DNA of 64,000 nt, taken from Alphaproteobacteria bacterium (GTDB lineage: Bacteria; Pseudomonadota; Alphaproteobacteria; GCA-2746255). Below are positions 9,673 to 19,916 of the stretch, piece by piece. Numbering within the stretch: position 1 is the first letter of the stretch; the number at the start of each line of letters is the position of its first letter. A program made the position numbers and the translations under genes. Under the pieces are notes generated by a model, which did not search any database, was not told the DNA's origin, and worked only from the letters and a program-made list of their open reading frames with translations. Location of the stretch: the NCBI GenBank assembly GCA_965249135.1, contig OZ252220.1:32001-96000 (forward strand). Reading direction: 5' to 3'.

Positions 9673-9701
9673 TCGGTTTTCCTTTCCTTGGCTTTCTTGG
9701 C

Positions 9702-11081
9702 TTATCCGGCAAGTGACTCACCAAGGTCTGCGGCGCGCTCACACGCCTCGAGGGCCTCAATCCGCTGCAGGATGGCTTCGCTTCGCTCGGCATCCGCGAC
9801 AAAAGCCGCGTTCTCCCGGAACTTCGCGCGAATCTCCTCCATCGTGAGAGGGCGGTCCGCGCAACCCCGGTTCTGGTGCTCGCGGTGGGAAAGCTCACGC
9901 CCGTCTTTCATCGTGACGACAAGTTCACCGGAAAAGTATTTCGGGAAGCCGGCGTTCGGATCCGCCTCGTAGTCCACCTTTTGAGCCAAGGCCAGGATCG
10001 CCGGGTCCGAAAGCACCTCTTGCTCGAGTTCCGGCAAACCGAAGCGTCCACGTAGGAAGGCGGTGGCGACGAGATAGGGAACGCTGAACTGGGCATCGTA
10101 GCCATTCGCCGGCTTTTGCTTGTTTTTGACCGGCTCGCAGACGGTCGTGATGACCTCCTTCGGCACCAGGGCCCGAACATGGGCGATGTCTTCGACCCGT
10201 AATTGTTGTTCGTTCCTTAAGGCAAGGGCGGCGTCGATGCAGGCGTGTGCGAAATGGCAGGCAGGGTAGGGCTTCGTTGCGACGTTTTGAAGCTCCCAGA
10301 CGCTTCCCAAGGCCGCTGTTGCGAGGCCGTAGTCGCAATTCGCCTCCTCCGGCCCAAGGTGGGATTTGTAGAGTCCGAAGCGGCCCTCATAGGCTCGTCT
10401 CGGGCCGATGAAGCCGTGTTTTGCAAGCATGGCCGCCGTCAGACCGGCCGCCGCCGCCCAGCCCGGGTGCAGCCGCTTTGTCCAGGCCCCATCCTCCAAG
10501 AACTCCATGCTGCCAGACGCGAGGCTAAGGGCCACCCCTTGCGCCATGGCATGGGCATTTGCGTCGAGCCCGAAAAGCCTGCCTGCGATCAGCGTGCATC
10601 CGAAGATGCCGGCAAGGCTCGTCGGGTGAAATCCCACCTGATGGAACCCTCCTTTCGCCACCGCCCCGATCCGTGCGCTCACTTCGATACCAAGCACGAA
10701 GGCGGTGAGCATGGCCTTTCCGGAGGCCTCGGCCAGGGTGGCGGCAGCAAGTGCCGTGGGAAAGGCGCTGGCCGTCGGATGGACGATGCCGGCGACGTGG
10801 GTGTCGTCATAGTCGAGGCCGTGAATCAGGAAGCCGTTCATCACCGCCGCATCGCGCAAAGGTAGCCGTTCCTTGCGGCCGATGACAGGCGCACCGCCAT
10901 GGGAGGAAAGGGCGCTCAAGCCCCGGAAGGTCTTTTCCGCGAAGTCGAAATGGTTGGAGGCAAAGGCGATACCGACCGCATCCAGGATGAGGGCCTTCGC
11001 GCGGGTCCGCACCTCGAGAGGCACGTCTTCGTCCCGAAGGCCGGCGGCAAATTCGCCAAGGGTTTCCGAAATGCTCGCCAT
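9702..11081 (-). CDS. MmgE/PrpD family protein
   Basis: HGLDYDDTH, HPT, KPYPACH motifs. Confidence 0.9.
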   Translation of the reverse strand: MASISETLGEFAAGLRDEDVPLEVRTRAKALILDAVGIAFASNHFDFAEKTFRGLSALSSHGGAPVIGRKERLPLRDAAVMNGFLIHGLDYDDTHVAGIVHPTASAFPTALAAATLAEASGKAMLTAFVLGIEVSARIGAVAKGGFHQVGFHPTSLAGIFGCTLIAGRLFGLDANAHAMAQGVALSLASGSMEFLEDGAWTKRLHPGWAAAAGLTAAMLAKHGFIGPRRAYEGRFGLYKSHLGPEEANCDYGLATAALGSVWELQNVATKPYPACHFAHACIDAALALRNEQQLRVEDIAHVRALVPKEVITTVCEPVKNKQKPANGYDAQFSVPYLVATAFLRGRFGLPELEQEVLSDPAILALAQKVDYEADPNAGFPKYFSGELVVTMKDGRELSHREHQNRGCADRPLTMEEIRAKFRENAAFVADAERSEAILQRIEALEACERAADLGESLAG

Positions 11082-11144
11082 GGGGGGCCCTTAAGGTGCG
11101 GGTTGAAGGGGCTGCCTGAACGCTCTCCTATACCGCCCTGGAGC

Positions 11145-11687
11145 CTAGCTTGAAAGCAGTGGCGTGGGATCGATGACCGGATAGGTCTTGTAGAGATCCA
11201 CCAGCCTGCCGGACGGGTCCCGGACCCGGTGGTTCCGGCGCGCCGGGTCCTCCGCCTGGCGCATCTCGAGATGGAGGTGATTCGTGATCCCGGGGTATCG
11301 CCGTGTCGGGTCCTGGACCGTGCCAAGTCGGGTCTTTCCAGCCTCCACGGCCTCGTTCGCCTCGACGAAGGGGAAGACGTAGAAATGCCGAACCACCTGG
11401 CCCGCTGCCGTCGTGACCTCTACGTAGCGGTAATGGGGGTCCCCCGAATAGGCCCAGCCGAGACGGCTGACGGTCCCGCTGACGGAGCTCATGACAGGGG
11501 TGCCATGGGCGGCGATCAGGTCGACCCCCAGATGTTTTCGCCTGCCGCCGTCACGGGCCACACCGAAGTGGCCTTCCCCTTTTGTATCCCTTCCACGGAT
11601 TGTCGGGCTGGGGATCGGGTTGGCCAGTCGGGGCAGGGCCGGGGGGATCGCCGCGGGCAGAGGCTTTGGTAGGACCGGTATGGCCAT
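11145..11687 (-). CDS. M23-family Zn peptidase-like protein (LECT2-like)
   Basis: HLGVD (HxxxD) and HLH (HxH) Zn motifs, C-terminal DPTPLL. Confidence 0.8.
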   Translation of the reverse strand: MAIPVLPKPLPAAIPPALPRLANPIPSPTIRGRDTKGEGHFGVARDGGRRKHLGVDLIAAHGTPVMSSVSGTVSRLGWAYSGDPHYRYVEVTTAAGQVVRHFYVFPFVEANEAVEAGKTRLGTVQDPTRRYPGITNHLHLEMRQAEDPARRNHRVRDPSGRLVDLYKTYPVIDPTPLLSS

Positions 11688-11828
11688 AGGAACTACTTTG
11701 TTATGGGATATGCCATCCGCCCGCTTGTCATTTTACGGAATTAGGAATAGTATCCTAGTTCGCGGGGACCGTCAAGAAGCAGGGCTTACGTATTGCCTTT
11801 CCTTGTCTGGCAAGCCAAGGTCGCGCCC

Positions 11829-12878
11829 ATGATGAAGACAGAGCCGGCTCGGTTGGACCGCCGCATCTCCGTCGCCCCCATGATGGATCGGACGGACCGC
11901 CATGATCGTTACTTCCTGCGGCAAATCTCAAGGCGGGCCCTTCTCTATACGGAGATGGTGGCGACCGGGGAGGTCCTCCATGGGGACCCGGAACGCTGCT
12001 TGGCCTTCCACCCGGACGAACATCCGCTGGCCCTGCAGCTCGGCGGCTCGGAGCCTGTCGAGCTTGCCGCCGCGGCCCGGCTTGGGGAAGCGTTCGGCTA
12101 TGACGAGATCAACCTCAATGTCGGCTGCCCAAGCGATCGGGTCCAACGGGGCCGCTTCGGCGCCTGCCTGATGACCGAGCCCGAGCGCGTCGGAGAGGGC
12201 CTACGGGCGATGGGAGAGGCCGTTGTGGTCCCGGTCACGGTCAAGACCCGGATCGGGGTCGACGAGAACGACGGCTACGATTTTCTGGTTCGCTTCATCG
12301 AGGCGGTAGCGGCAGCGGGCTGTAGGACCGTCATCGTCCATGCCCGCAAGGCCTACCTGAAGGGCCTGAGCCCGAAGGAGAACCGCTCGGTGCCGCCGCT
12401 TCGCTATGAGGTCGTTTATCGGCTGAAGGCGGATTTCCCCGATCTCGAGATCGTCCTCAATGGCGGCGTCGAGACCCTGGATGCGGTGGAGGCCCATCTT
12501 GCCCATGTCGATGGCGCGATGATCGGGCGGGCCGCCTATCAGAACCCCTACCTGCTAGCCGAGGTCGATCGGCGCTTCTTCGGCGAGACCGAACCGCCCC
12601 CCTCCCGGCAGGCGGTCCTGGAGGCCATGCTTCCCTACCTGGCGGCCGAGGTCGAAAAAGGGGTTCCCCTTGCCCGGATGACCCGCCATCTCTTTGGTCT
12701 GTTTACCGGGGTCCCGGGGGCAAGGGCTTGGCGGCAACACCTAAGCGAGCTTGCCATCCTGCCCTGCGCCAATGAAGACGTCGTTCACGAAGCCCTTCGC
12801 GCGGTCGTCATGGCAGAGGCCCCAACGCCAAGCCTTGGCGTCGAGCCGGTCGTGTCAGCCGTCGGGGATGTGTCCTAG
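11829..12878 (+). CDS. dusA: tRNA dihydrouridine(20/20a) synthase
   Basis: SVAPMMD, NLNVGCPSDRVQ, VHARKA..GLSPKENR. Confidence 0.95.
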   Translation: MMKTEPARLDRRISVAPMMDRTDRHDRYFLRQISRRALLYTEMVATGEVLHGDPERCLAFHPDEHPLALQLGGSEPVELAAAARLGEAFGYDEINLNVGCPSDRVQRGRFGACLMTEPERVGEGLRAMGEAVVVPVTVKTRIGVDENDGYDFLVRFIEAVAAAGCRTVIVHARKAYLKGLSPKENRSVPPLRYEVVYRLKADFPDLEIVLNGGVETLDAVEAHLAHVDGAMIGRAAYQNPYLLAEVDRRFFGETEPPPSRQAVLEAMLPYLAAEVEKGVPLARMTRHLFGLFTGVPGARAWRQHLSELAILPCANEDVVHEALRAVVMAEAPTPSLGVEPVVSAVGDVS

Positions 12879-13216
12879 ACGCTGAAGGATTCCCCGCAGC
12901 CGCAGGTTCCCTTCACGTTCGGGTTCTTGAAGACGAAGCCGGATTGGAACGTGTCTTCGACGTAGTCGATCTCGCTGCCGATCAGAAACATCAGAGCCGC
13001 CGGATCGATGAAAAGCGTAATCCCCTTGACCTCGATAACCTCGTCGCCCGCCGGCGCGTCATCGACATATTCCATCTTGTAGGAATGGCCGGAACAACCG
13101 CTATTCGTCACGGCAAGCCGGAGGCCAAGGGCAGACTTTTCCTGCCGGCGCGCGAGCAGCGCCTTGACCCGCTCGGCGGCGGCGTCCGTCATCGTCACTG
13201 GGGCGTTTTCCGGCAT
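12875..13216 (-). CDS. sufA: A-type Fe-S carrier (SufA/IscA)
   Basis: GCSG..Y and CGCGESF. Confidence 0.9.
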   Translation of the reverse strand: MPENAPVTMTDAAAERVKALLARRQEKSALGLRLAVTNSGCSGHSYKMEYVDDAPAGDEVIEVKGITLFIDPAALMFLIGSEIDYVEDTFQSGFVFKNPNVKGTCGCGESFSV

Positions 13217-13228
13217 ACGCTTCCTTTC

Positions 13229-13780
13229 CTACAAGATACCCACTTCAAGCCGCGCCGCTTCCGACATCATGCTCTGGTCCCAGGGCGGATCGAAAACGAC
13301 CTCCACATGCGCCTCCTTCACGTTCGGCACGCTGAGCAGTTTCTGACGGACGTCCTCGGCAATGATATCCCCCATGCCGCAGCCCGGCGCGGTAAGCGTC
13401 ATCGTGACCTCGACCCCGCTTCCACCCGTCTCAAGCGCTGAGATCTTGCAGTCGTAGATGAGGCCCAGCTCGACGATGTTGATCGGGATTTCCGGATCGT
13501 AGCAGGTCCGAAGCCGCTCCCAGATTTCCGCCTCATCCGCTTCCGCGCCTTTCCCCGCTTTCTTTGATGGCGCTGCCTTGTCCCCGGTTTCCAAGCCAAG
13601 GGCGTCCGCGTCCTTGCCATCGATGCGGGCGAGGTTGCCGTGTACGGCGACCGTAAAGGACCCTCCGAGCGCCTGGGTGAGCGTCACCGGGGTGCCGGCC
13701 TGAAGCTCGATCCGCGTACCGGCGGGGATCAGGGTCGCGTCGCAATCCCGTCCCAATGTGAGGATGCCTTCTTCGGTCAT
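13229..13780 (-). CDS. sufT: Fe-S assembly protein SufT (DUF59)
   Basis: TQALGGSFTV, CYDPEIPINIVELGL, MTLTAPGCGMG, PPW. Confidence 0.9.
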   Translation of the reverse strand: MTEEGILTLGRDCDATLIPAGTRIELQAGTPVTLTQALGGSFTVAVHGNLARIDGKDADALGLETGDKAAPSKKAGKGAEADEAEIWERLRTCYDPEIPINIVELGLIYDCKISALETGGSGVEVTMTLTAPGCGMGDIIAEDVRQKLLSVPNVKEAHVEVVFDPPWDQSMMSEAARLEVGIL

Positions 13781-13796
13781 TCCTTACTTGCTCCGT

Positions 13797-14252
13797 CTAC
13801 TCCGTTTTTACGGCCTCGTGCCGCTCGTCCAGCGCGGCGGCGAGCGTGTGCCAGGCGAGCGTTGCGCACTTCACGCGTGCTGGGAACGCCCGCACACCCG
13901 TCAACGCAGCCAGCTTTTCCATTGCCACAAGCTCATCCGCTGTAGGCGGCTCCTTCCGCGTGACCAACCCCTGAAATTGGCGGAAGAGGGCCCGCGCCTC
14001 CGTTTCCGTCTTGCCCACGACCATGTCCGTCATCATCGAGGCCGATGCGGTTGAAATCGCGCAACCGACGCCCTCGAAGGCGACGGCCTTCACACGGCCA
14101 TCTTCGACGATCAATGCAACCACGAGCCGATCGCCGCAGAGCGGATTGAAGCCTTCCGCTTCGCGATTCGAGCCCGCAAGCCTTCCGAAATGCCGGGGCC
14201 GCCGGCTGTGGTCGATGATGACTTCCTGATAAAGATCCTTGAGGTCGAACAT
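13797..14252 (-). CDS. sufU: SufU/NifU-type Fe-S scaffold/sulfur-transfer protein
   Basis: Start MFDLKDLYQEVIIDH overlaps the sufS stop; NPLCGD, GCAISTASAS, RVKCATL. Confidence 0.92.
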   Translation of the reverse strand: MFDLKDLYQEVIIDHSRRPRHFGRLAGSNREAEGFNPLCGDRLVVALIVEDGRVKAVAFEGVGCAISTASASMMTDMVVGKTETEARALFRQFQGLVTRKEPPTADELVAMEKLAALTGVRAFPARVKCATLAWHTLAAALDERHEAVKTE

Positions 14253-15508
14253 CAGCCAAAGATCTCCAGCACCTTTTCGAGGCCGGCCGCTAAGGCGTCC
14301 GCATCCTCGGTGGTGTTGTAAAGTCCAAACGAAGCCCGCGCCGTTGCCGGCACACCAAAGCGTTCCATAAGCGGCTGGGCGCAGTGATGACCGGTCCGGA
14401 TCGCCACCCCTTCGCCATCGAGAACCGTCCCCACATCGTGGGGATGGACACCCTCGAGGGTGAAGGAAAGGATGCTTGCCTTCACCCTTGCCGTGCCGAT
14501 CAGCCGAAGCCCCTTGATGCGAGAGAGGCATTCCGTTGTGTGATCGAGGAGCGTCTGCTCATGGGCCATGATTGCAGGGATCTCGAGCCCCTCAAGGTAG
14601 TCGATCGCGGCACCCAACCCGATGGCGCCCGCGATGTGCGGCGTTCCCGCCTCGAACTTGTGGGGCATGACGTTGTAATCCGTCTTCTCGAAGGTAACCG
14701 AGCGAATCATGTCGCCGCCGCCCTGATAAGGCGGCATGGCTTCAAGGTGTTTGGCCTTTCCGTAAAGCACCCCGATGCCGGAGGGGCCATAAAGCTTGTG
14801 GCCGGAAAAGACATAGAAATCGCAATCGAGGTCCTGAACATCCACCTTCCGATGCGGAACGGCCTGGCAACCATCGACGAGCACCGGCACGCCCCTTTCA
14901 TGGGCAAGCCGAATGATGTCGTGAATGGGTGTGACCGTCCCGATCGCATTCGAAACCTGCGTCATTGCCACGAGACGCGTACGCGCATTCAAAAGCTCTG
15001 AATACGCGTCCATCCGAAGTTCTCCGGCATCGTTTACAGGCACAATCCGAAGTACGATGCCGGTCATGTCCCTTAAGATCTGCCATGGCACGATGTTCGA
15101 ATGGTGTTCGAGGACGGAGAGAACGATCTCGTCGCCTTCCTTCAGGAACGCCCGGCCAAAGCTTTGCGCGACGAGGTTGATTCCTTCCGTTGCCCCACGG
15201 ACGAAGATGATCTCGCGTCCCTCGGGCGCATTCAGGAAGGCGCGGACCTTCTCGCGGGCGCCTTCAAAAGCAGCCGTCGTCTTTTCAGACAACTCGTAAA
15301 CGCCGCGATGGATGTTCGCGTATTCCGCCTCGTAGACATGGCTGACCGTCTCGATGACCGGACGCGGTTTCTGTGCACTCGCGGCGCTGTCCAGATAGAC
15401 GAGCGGCCTTCCATGAGCCTGCGTCTTCAGGATCGGAAAGTCTTCCCGGGCGCGCCAGGCGTCGAAACCGGGTGGCGCCGGCCGCAGGGTGGGGGCGAGT
15501 TTCGTCAT
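14252..15508 (-). CDS. sufS: Cysteine desulfurase
   Basis: YLDSAAS, FSGHKLYGP, RTGHHCA. Confidence 0.96.
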   Translation of the reverse strand: MTKLAPTLRPAPPGFDAWRAREDFPILKTQAHGRPLVYLDSAASAQKPRPVIETVSHVYEAEYANIHRGVYELSEKTTAAFEGAREKVRAFLNAPEGREIIFVRGATEGINLVAQSFGRAFLKEGDEIVLSVLEHHSNIVPWQILRDMTGIVLRIVPVNDAGELRMDAYSELLNARTRLVAMTQVSNAIGTVTPIHDIIRLAHERGVPVLVDGCQAVPHRKVDVQDLDCDFYVFSGHKLYGPSGIGVLYGKAKHLEAMPPYQGGGDMIRSVTFEKTDYNVMPHKFEAGTPHIAGAIGLGAAIDYLEGLEIPAIMAHEQTLLDHTTECLSRIKGLRLIGTARVKASILSFTLEGVHPHDVGTVLDGEGVAIRTGHHCAQPLMERFGVPATARASFGLYNTTEDADALAAGLEKVLEIFG

Positions 15509-16836
15509 GCCGGCCCTCCCATCCTGGACATTCCGGAAAGCCAGCCCGCCATCGAATGGCGCATCGCCTCGCGAACCGGAACAATCTCGATTTCGTCGAT
15601 CATCTCGGCGACGAAGGCCTCCGTCAGTAGACCGCGTGCGGCATCCTCCGCGATCCCCCGCGAGCGAAGGTAGAAAAGTGCCTGTTCGTCAAGCTCGCTT
15701 ACGGTGGCCCCATGGCTGCACTGAACATCGTCCGCGTGGATTCGAAGCTCCGGTTTCGTATTGGCCTGTGCCTCATCCGAAAGCAGGAGATTGCGGTTTA
15801 GCTGATGCGCCGACGTTTTTTGGGAATCCTGGCGGACGATGATCTTTCCCTGGAAAACGGTCTTTGCATGGCCGTCGACGACACCCTTATAGGTTTCGTT
15901 GCAATTGCTTCCGGGCTTTGCGTGATCGATGACGGTCGTCGTATCCAGGTGCTGGCGGTTGCGCGCAAGATTGACCCCGTTCAGCCGACAATCGATCCCG
16001 CTGCCGTCCAGCAGGGCCTGAATCTCGTTTCTGGAAAGGATGCCACCAAGCGACATCGCAAAACTGTCGTAAGTTGCACGATCCCCGATTTTTGCAACGG
16101 TCATGGCGATGTGGTAGGCGGCTTCCCCCTCGTTCTGTAATTTGTAGTGGCGGAGATGAGCGTCTTCATCGACGACGACTTCGGTCACGACGTTCGTCCA
16201 ATATTCGGTTTTTCCCGTTCCGAGGTAGCTTTCAAAGATGGTGGCGGTACTTCCCTTTCCGGCCACGATAAGGTTTCGAAGATGCATGGCCGATTGAGCC
16301 GCCTCGTCTGTCGTCAGAAAAAACAGATGCACCGGTGTTTCCAGCTCAACCCCGGGCTCAAGCATCAAAACGGCACCTTCCGTCATGAGCGCGGTGTTCA
16401 TTTCGAAAAGGGCGCGCTCTTCCGGCTTGCCGCTCGCCGCCAGGTGGGTTGCGATCAGGGCCGGCTCCTTTTCTAACGCCTCGCCGAGGGTTATGAGCCG
16501 AACGCCTTTGGGCAATGCGTTGAGCGCGGAGCCATCGGCTTCCAATCGTCCGTTCACGAAGACGATCCGATGGGCGGTCATCTCGTTCGGGGCGTGGGCA
16601 GGCGCGGCCGCCAGGCCCTTCCCGGCAACGCTCGCTTTCGGTGCGAAGACGCCCCTCGCAAGCGGCGCAAGGTTTGTGTACTTCCAGGCCTCCGTCCTTC
16701 GTGTCGGGAAGCCGCGTTCGGCGAAGTGCTCGAAAGCATCCGCACGCATCTCCGTGAGCCACGCGAGATCCTTTCCCGGAAGGCTCTCCCGCCATTCTGG
16801 ATAGCGTTCGATGTATTCGCTGCCGATCTGCGTCAT
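15505..16836 (-). CDS. sufD: Fe-S assembly protein SufD
   Basis: EAWKYT, PELRIHADDVQCSHGAT, FYLRSRGI. Confidence 0.95.
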   Translation of the reverse strand: MTQIGSEYIERYPEWRESLPGKDLAWLTEMRADAFEHFAERGFPTRRTEAWKYTNLAPLARGVFAPKASVAGKGLAAAPAHAPNEMTAHRIVFVNGRLEADGSALNALPKGVRLITLGEALEKEPALIATHLAASGKPEERALFEMNTALMTEGAVLMLEPGVELETPVHLFFLTTDEAAQSAMHLRNLIVAGKGSTATIFESYLGTGKTEYWTNVVTEVVVDEDAHLRHYKLQNEGEAAYHIAMTVAKIGDRATYDSFAMSLGGILSRNEIQALLDGSGIDCRLNGVNLARNRQHLDTTTVIDHAKPGSNCNETYKGVVDGHAKTVFQGKIIVRQDSQKTSAHQLNRNLLLSDEAQANTKPELRIHADDVQCSHGATVSELDEQALFYLRSRGIAEDAARGLLTEAFVAEMIDEIEIVPVREAMRHSMAGWLSGMSRMGGPA

Positions 16837-16847
16837 TCGTTACGACC

Positions 16848-17642
16848 TCATGCGCCTTGTGTGGGTGCACTCGCCGTCATCGCCGGCGTCTCCTTCCCCT
16901 CGAAAGTAGCGTAGCCCTTCTTCTCAAGTTCGAACGCCAGCTCCTTCCCGCCGGTCTCGACGATCCGGCCATCCGATAACACGTGGACCTTGTCCGGCAC
17001 GACGTATTCGAGAAGCCGCTGGTAATGGGTGATCAGGAGAACGGCATGTTCCGGCGAGCGAAGCGCATTGATGCCATTCGCAACGATCTTCAACGCGTCG
17101 ATGTCGAGACCGGAATCCGTCTCGTCGAGAACGGCGAGGGCAGGATCCAGCAAAGCCATCTGAAAGATTTCATTGCGCTTCTTCTCACCGCCCGAGAAGC
17201 CAACGTTCACCCCGCGCTGCAGAAGATTCTCGCCGATCTCCAGAAACTCGGCCTTTTCGCGGGCAACTTTCAGGAATTCGACGGCATCGAGTTCCGGCTC
17301 ACCTCGGTGTGCGCGAAGCGCGTTCAGTGCCGCCTTCAGGAAATACATGTTTGAAACCCCCGGAATCTCGACCGGGTACTGCAATCCGAGAAAAACCCCT
17401 TCGTAGGCCCGCGCTTCCGGCGCCATCTCGAGGAGATTCTTGCCCCGAAACCGGACCTTGCCTTTCGTCACCTCATAGCCGGGCCGGCCGGCGAGCACAT
17501 GTGCCAGCGTGCTTTTCCCCGAGCCGTTCGGCCCCATCACGGCATGCACCTCGCCAGCCTCTATGGAAAGCGTAACGCCGCGAAGGATTTCCTGGCCTTC
17601 GACCGTCGCGTGCAGGTCTTTTATTTCCAATAAACTCGGCAT
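16848..17642 (-). CDS. sufC: Fe-S assembly ATPase SufC
   Basis: GPNGSGKST, FSGGEKKRNE, DETDSGLDID. Confidence 0.97.
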   Translation of the reverse strand: MPSLLEIKDLHATVEGQEILRGVTLSIEAGEVHAVMGPNGSGKSTLAHVLAGRPGYEVTKGKVRFRGKNLLEMAPEARAYEGVFLGLQYPVEIPGVSNMYFLKAALNALRAHRGEPELDAVEFLKVAREKAEFLEIGENLLQRGVNVGFSGGEKKRNEIFQMALLDPALAVLDETDSGLDIDALKIVANGINALRSPEHAVLLITHYQRLLEYVVPDKVHVLSDGRIVETGGKELAFELEKKGYATFEGKETPAMTASAPTQGA

Positions 17643-17661
17643 CTCAAACGTTCCTTATGCC

Positions 17662-19122
17662 TCAGCCAACCGCGCCTTCGAGAGTCACGCCCATCAACTT
17701 CGTGGCCTCGACGGCGAACTCCATCGGCAGTTTCTTGAAGACTTCCTTGCAGAAGCCGTTGACGATCATCGAGACGGCGTCCTCTTGCGAAAGACCGCGC
17801 TGGTTACAGTAGAAAAGCTGATCCTCACTGATCTTCGAGGTCGTGGCCTCATGCTCGACACGGGCCGTGCGATTCCGTGATTCGATATAGGGCACCGTAT
17901 GTGCCCCACACCGATCGCCCAGAAGCAGGGAATCACACTGGGTATAGTTCCGGGCGTTCGCGGCACCGCCGAGTATCTTCACAAGGCCTCGGTAGGTGTT
18001 CTGGCTTCGCCCTGCCGAAATGCCTTTCGAGATGATCGTGCTGCGCGTGTTCTTGCCGATATGAATCATCTTCGTACCGGTATCGGCCTGCTGAAGGTTG
18101 TTCGTCGTGGCAACGGAATAGAATTCACCGACCGAGTTATCGCCTTGAAGGATGCAACTCGGATACTTCCAAGTGATGGCGGAACCGGTCTCGACCTGTG
18201 TCCAGGAAATCTTCGAATTCCGGCCGCGGCAGGCGCCCCGTTTCGTGACAAAATTATAGATGCCGCCTTTTCCTTCCTTGTCGCCCGGGTACCAGTTCTG
18301 AACGGTCGAATACTTGATTTCGGCATCCTCCATCGCGACCAACTCGACGACCGCTGCGTGCAGCTGGTTTTCGTCGCGCATCGGCGCCGTGCAGCCTTCG
18401 AGGTAGCTCACGTAGCTGCCCTTCTCCGCGATGATGAGGGTGCGCTCAAACTGACCCGTTTTTGCAGCATTGATCCGAAAGTAGGTGGAAAGCTCCATCG
18501 GGCAACGAACTCCCTTCGGCACGTAAACGAAGGAGCCGTCGCTAAAAACAGCCGAATTCAGGGTTGCGAAGAAGTTATCGGAGTAGGGAACGACACTCCC
18601 TAAATATTTCCGGACCAATTCCGGATGCTTCTCGACGGCCTCCGACATCGGGCAAAAAATAACGCCAACCTCCGCCAGCTTTTCCTTATAGGTCGTGGCG
18701 ACGGAAATACTGTCGAACACGGCATCGACGGCGACCCCGGCCAGAGCTTCTTGCTCCCTCAGGGGAATGCCCAGTTTTTCATAGGTGGCAAGCAATTCCG
18801 GATCGACTTCATCGAGACTTTTCGGCCCGTCCTTGTCGGATTTTGGCGCCGAATAGTAGTAGGCCCCCTGATAGTCGATCGGCGGGTAATGGATGTTCGC
18901 CCAGCTCGGCTCTTCCTTTTCCATGGCAAGCCAGGTCCGGAAGGCCCTCAACCGCCATTCGAGAAGCCACGCCGGTTCGTTCTTTTTGGCAGAGATAAAG
19001 CGAACAATGTATTCGTTTAGGCCGGGCGGTGACTGCTCGACTTCGATGTCGGTGACGAAGCCGTATTTGTACTCCTCGGTGGCGGAGCGAACCGCCTCAA
19101 CGGTATCGGTGTTTGTTGTCAT
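17662..19122 (-). CDS. sufB: Fe-S assembly protein SufB
   Basis: [23 protein letters not shown]. Confidence 0.97.
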   Translation of the reverse strand: MTTNTDTVEAVRSATEEYKYGFVTDIEVEQSPPGLNEYIVRFISAKKNEPAWLLEWRLRAFRTWLAMEKEEPSWANIHYPPIDYQGAYYYSAPKSDKDGPKSLDEVDPELLATYEKLGIPLREQEALAGVAVDAVFDSISVATTYKEKLAEVGVIFCPMSEAVEKHPELVRKYLGSVVPYSDNFFATLNSAVFSDGSFVYVPKGVRCPMELSTYFRINAAKTGQFERTLIIAEKGSYVSYLEGCTAPMRDENQLHAAVVELVAMEDAEIKYSTVQNWYPGDKEGKGGIYNFVTKRGACRGRNSKISWTQVETGSAITWKYPSCILQGDNSVGEFYSVATTNNLQQADTGTKMIHIGKNTRSTIISKGISAGRSQNTYRGLVKILGGAANARNYTQCDSLLLGDRCGAHTVPYIESRNRTARVEHEATTSKISEDQLFYCNQRGLSQEDAVSMIVNGFCKEVFKKLPMEFAVEATKLMGVTLEGAVG

Positions 19123-19149
19123 TTCTTTTACGCTATTCGTTTCGTGGTT

Positions 19150-19611
19150 CTAAACGGCGCCGATGTCTTTTCCGTCTTTGGGCAAAGGCGGCTCAAAGAA
19201 GGAGGGCAGTGGTGCCGTCAAATCGGAAAGCCGGATATCGGAAAGAGCGCTTCGCACCGTGCGGTTGATGATTTGCCAGTTGCCCCGTTGCGGGCAGAGC
19301 GATTCGATTCCGCAAGTGCCGTCGGAGTCTTCAATGCAATCGGTAAGCGCAATTGGCCCGTCGATGGTCGAGATGATATCCGCAACCGTAATCGCTTCCG
19401 CGTCCCGGGCGAGGCGGTAACCGCCCTTCGCTCCACGGTAGGACGTGAGCAGGCCACGGTGGGCAAGCCCCTTCAGCACCTTGCTAACCACCGGCACCGG
19501 AAGGCCAAGCTCGCTCGCCAGATCCGGGGCGCTGAACCGGCGGTCCGAATGCGCCGCAATGTGGCTCATCAGTACGATGCCGTAATCGACCAGCCTGTTC
19601 AGGCGAAACAT
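19150..19611 (-). CDS. Rrf2-family SUF regulator (IscR-like)
   Basis: wHTH, RGAKGGY, three Cys (CIEDSDGTCGIESLC); first gene of the suf operon. Confidence 0.9.
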   Translation of the reverse strand: MFRLNRLVDYGIVLMSHIAAHSDRRFSAPDLASELGLPVPVVSKVLKGLAHRGLLTSYRGAKGGYRLARDAEAITVADIISTIDGPIALTDCIEDSDGTCGIESLCPQRGNWQIINRTVRSALSDIRLSDLTAPLPSFFEPPLPKDGKDIGAV

Positions 19612-19631
19612 GACACTCCTCTGCGAAGCCT

Positions 19632-19685
19632 AATCAGTACTAAAACAGTCCACTTTAAAATTGGCAAATTCCGGCCGTCTGTCAA
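19632..19685 (-). promoter_or_regulatory. suf promoter: TTGACA -35 plus an IscR-type operator
   Basis: TTGACA on the minus strand at 19680-19685; AAAGTGGACTGTTTTAGTACTGATT (19632-19656) matches the GACTRWWWYAGT core of IscR type-1 sites. Confidence 0.5.
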
Positions 19686-19916
19686 GGCCTGAAGGCCATG
19701 ATTTTCCATAAAAATTATGGGGTTATCGGGCTCGAATGGGCCGTGACGGGTGGCCTGGGGCCTTCGAACGTCTAAATTCGCTCAAATTTCGCTCAAATAT
19801 AGGCATTTTTAACCAGTCTTAACTAAACAGGGCCCCTGAGAGTGTCCGGGCATGTCCGGGAGTTATCCCGGCAGCTTAGGACGATTGGGGGTACTAAGCT
19901 TAAGGACTTTCGAAGG

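Noticed and set aside
11793-11900. dusA 5' end as an island integration site
   Set aside because: No integrase or duplicated dusA fragment seen nearby
19809-19823. TTAA-CCAGTC-TTAAC upstream of the diguanylate cyclase as a CtrA box
   Set aside because: The spacer is 6 nt rather than the canonical 7; not enough support
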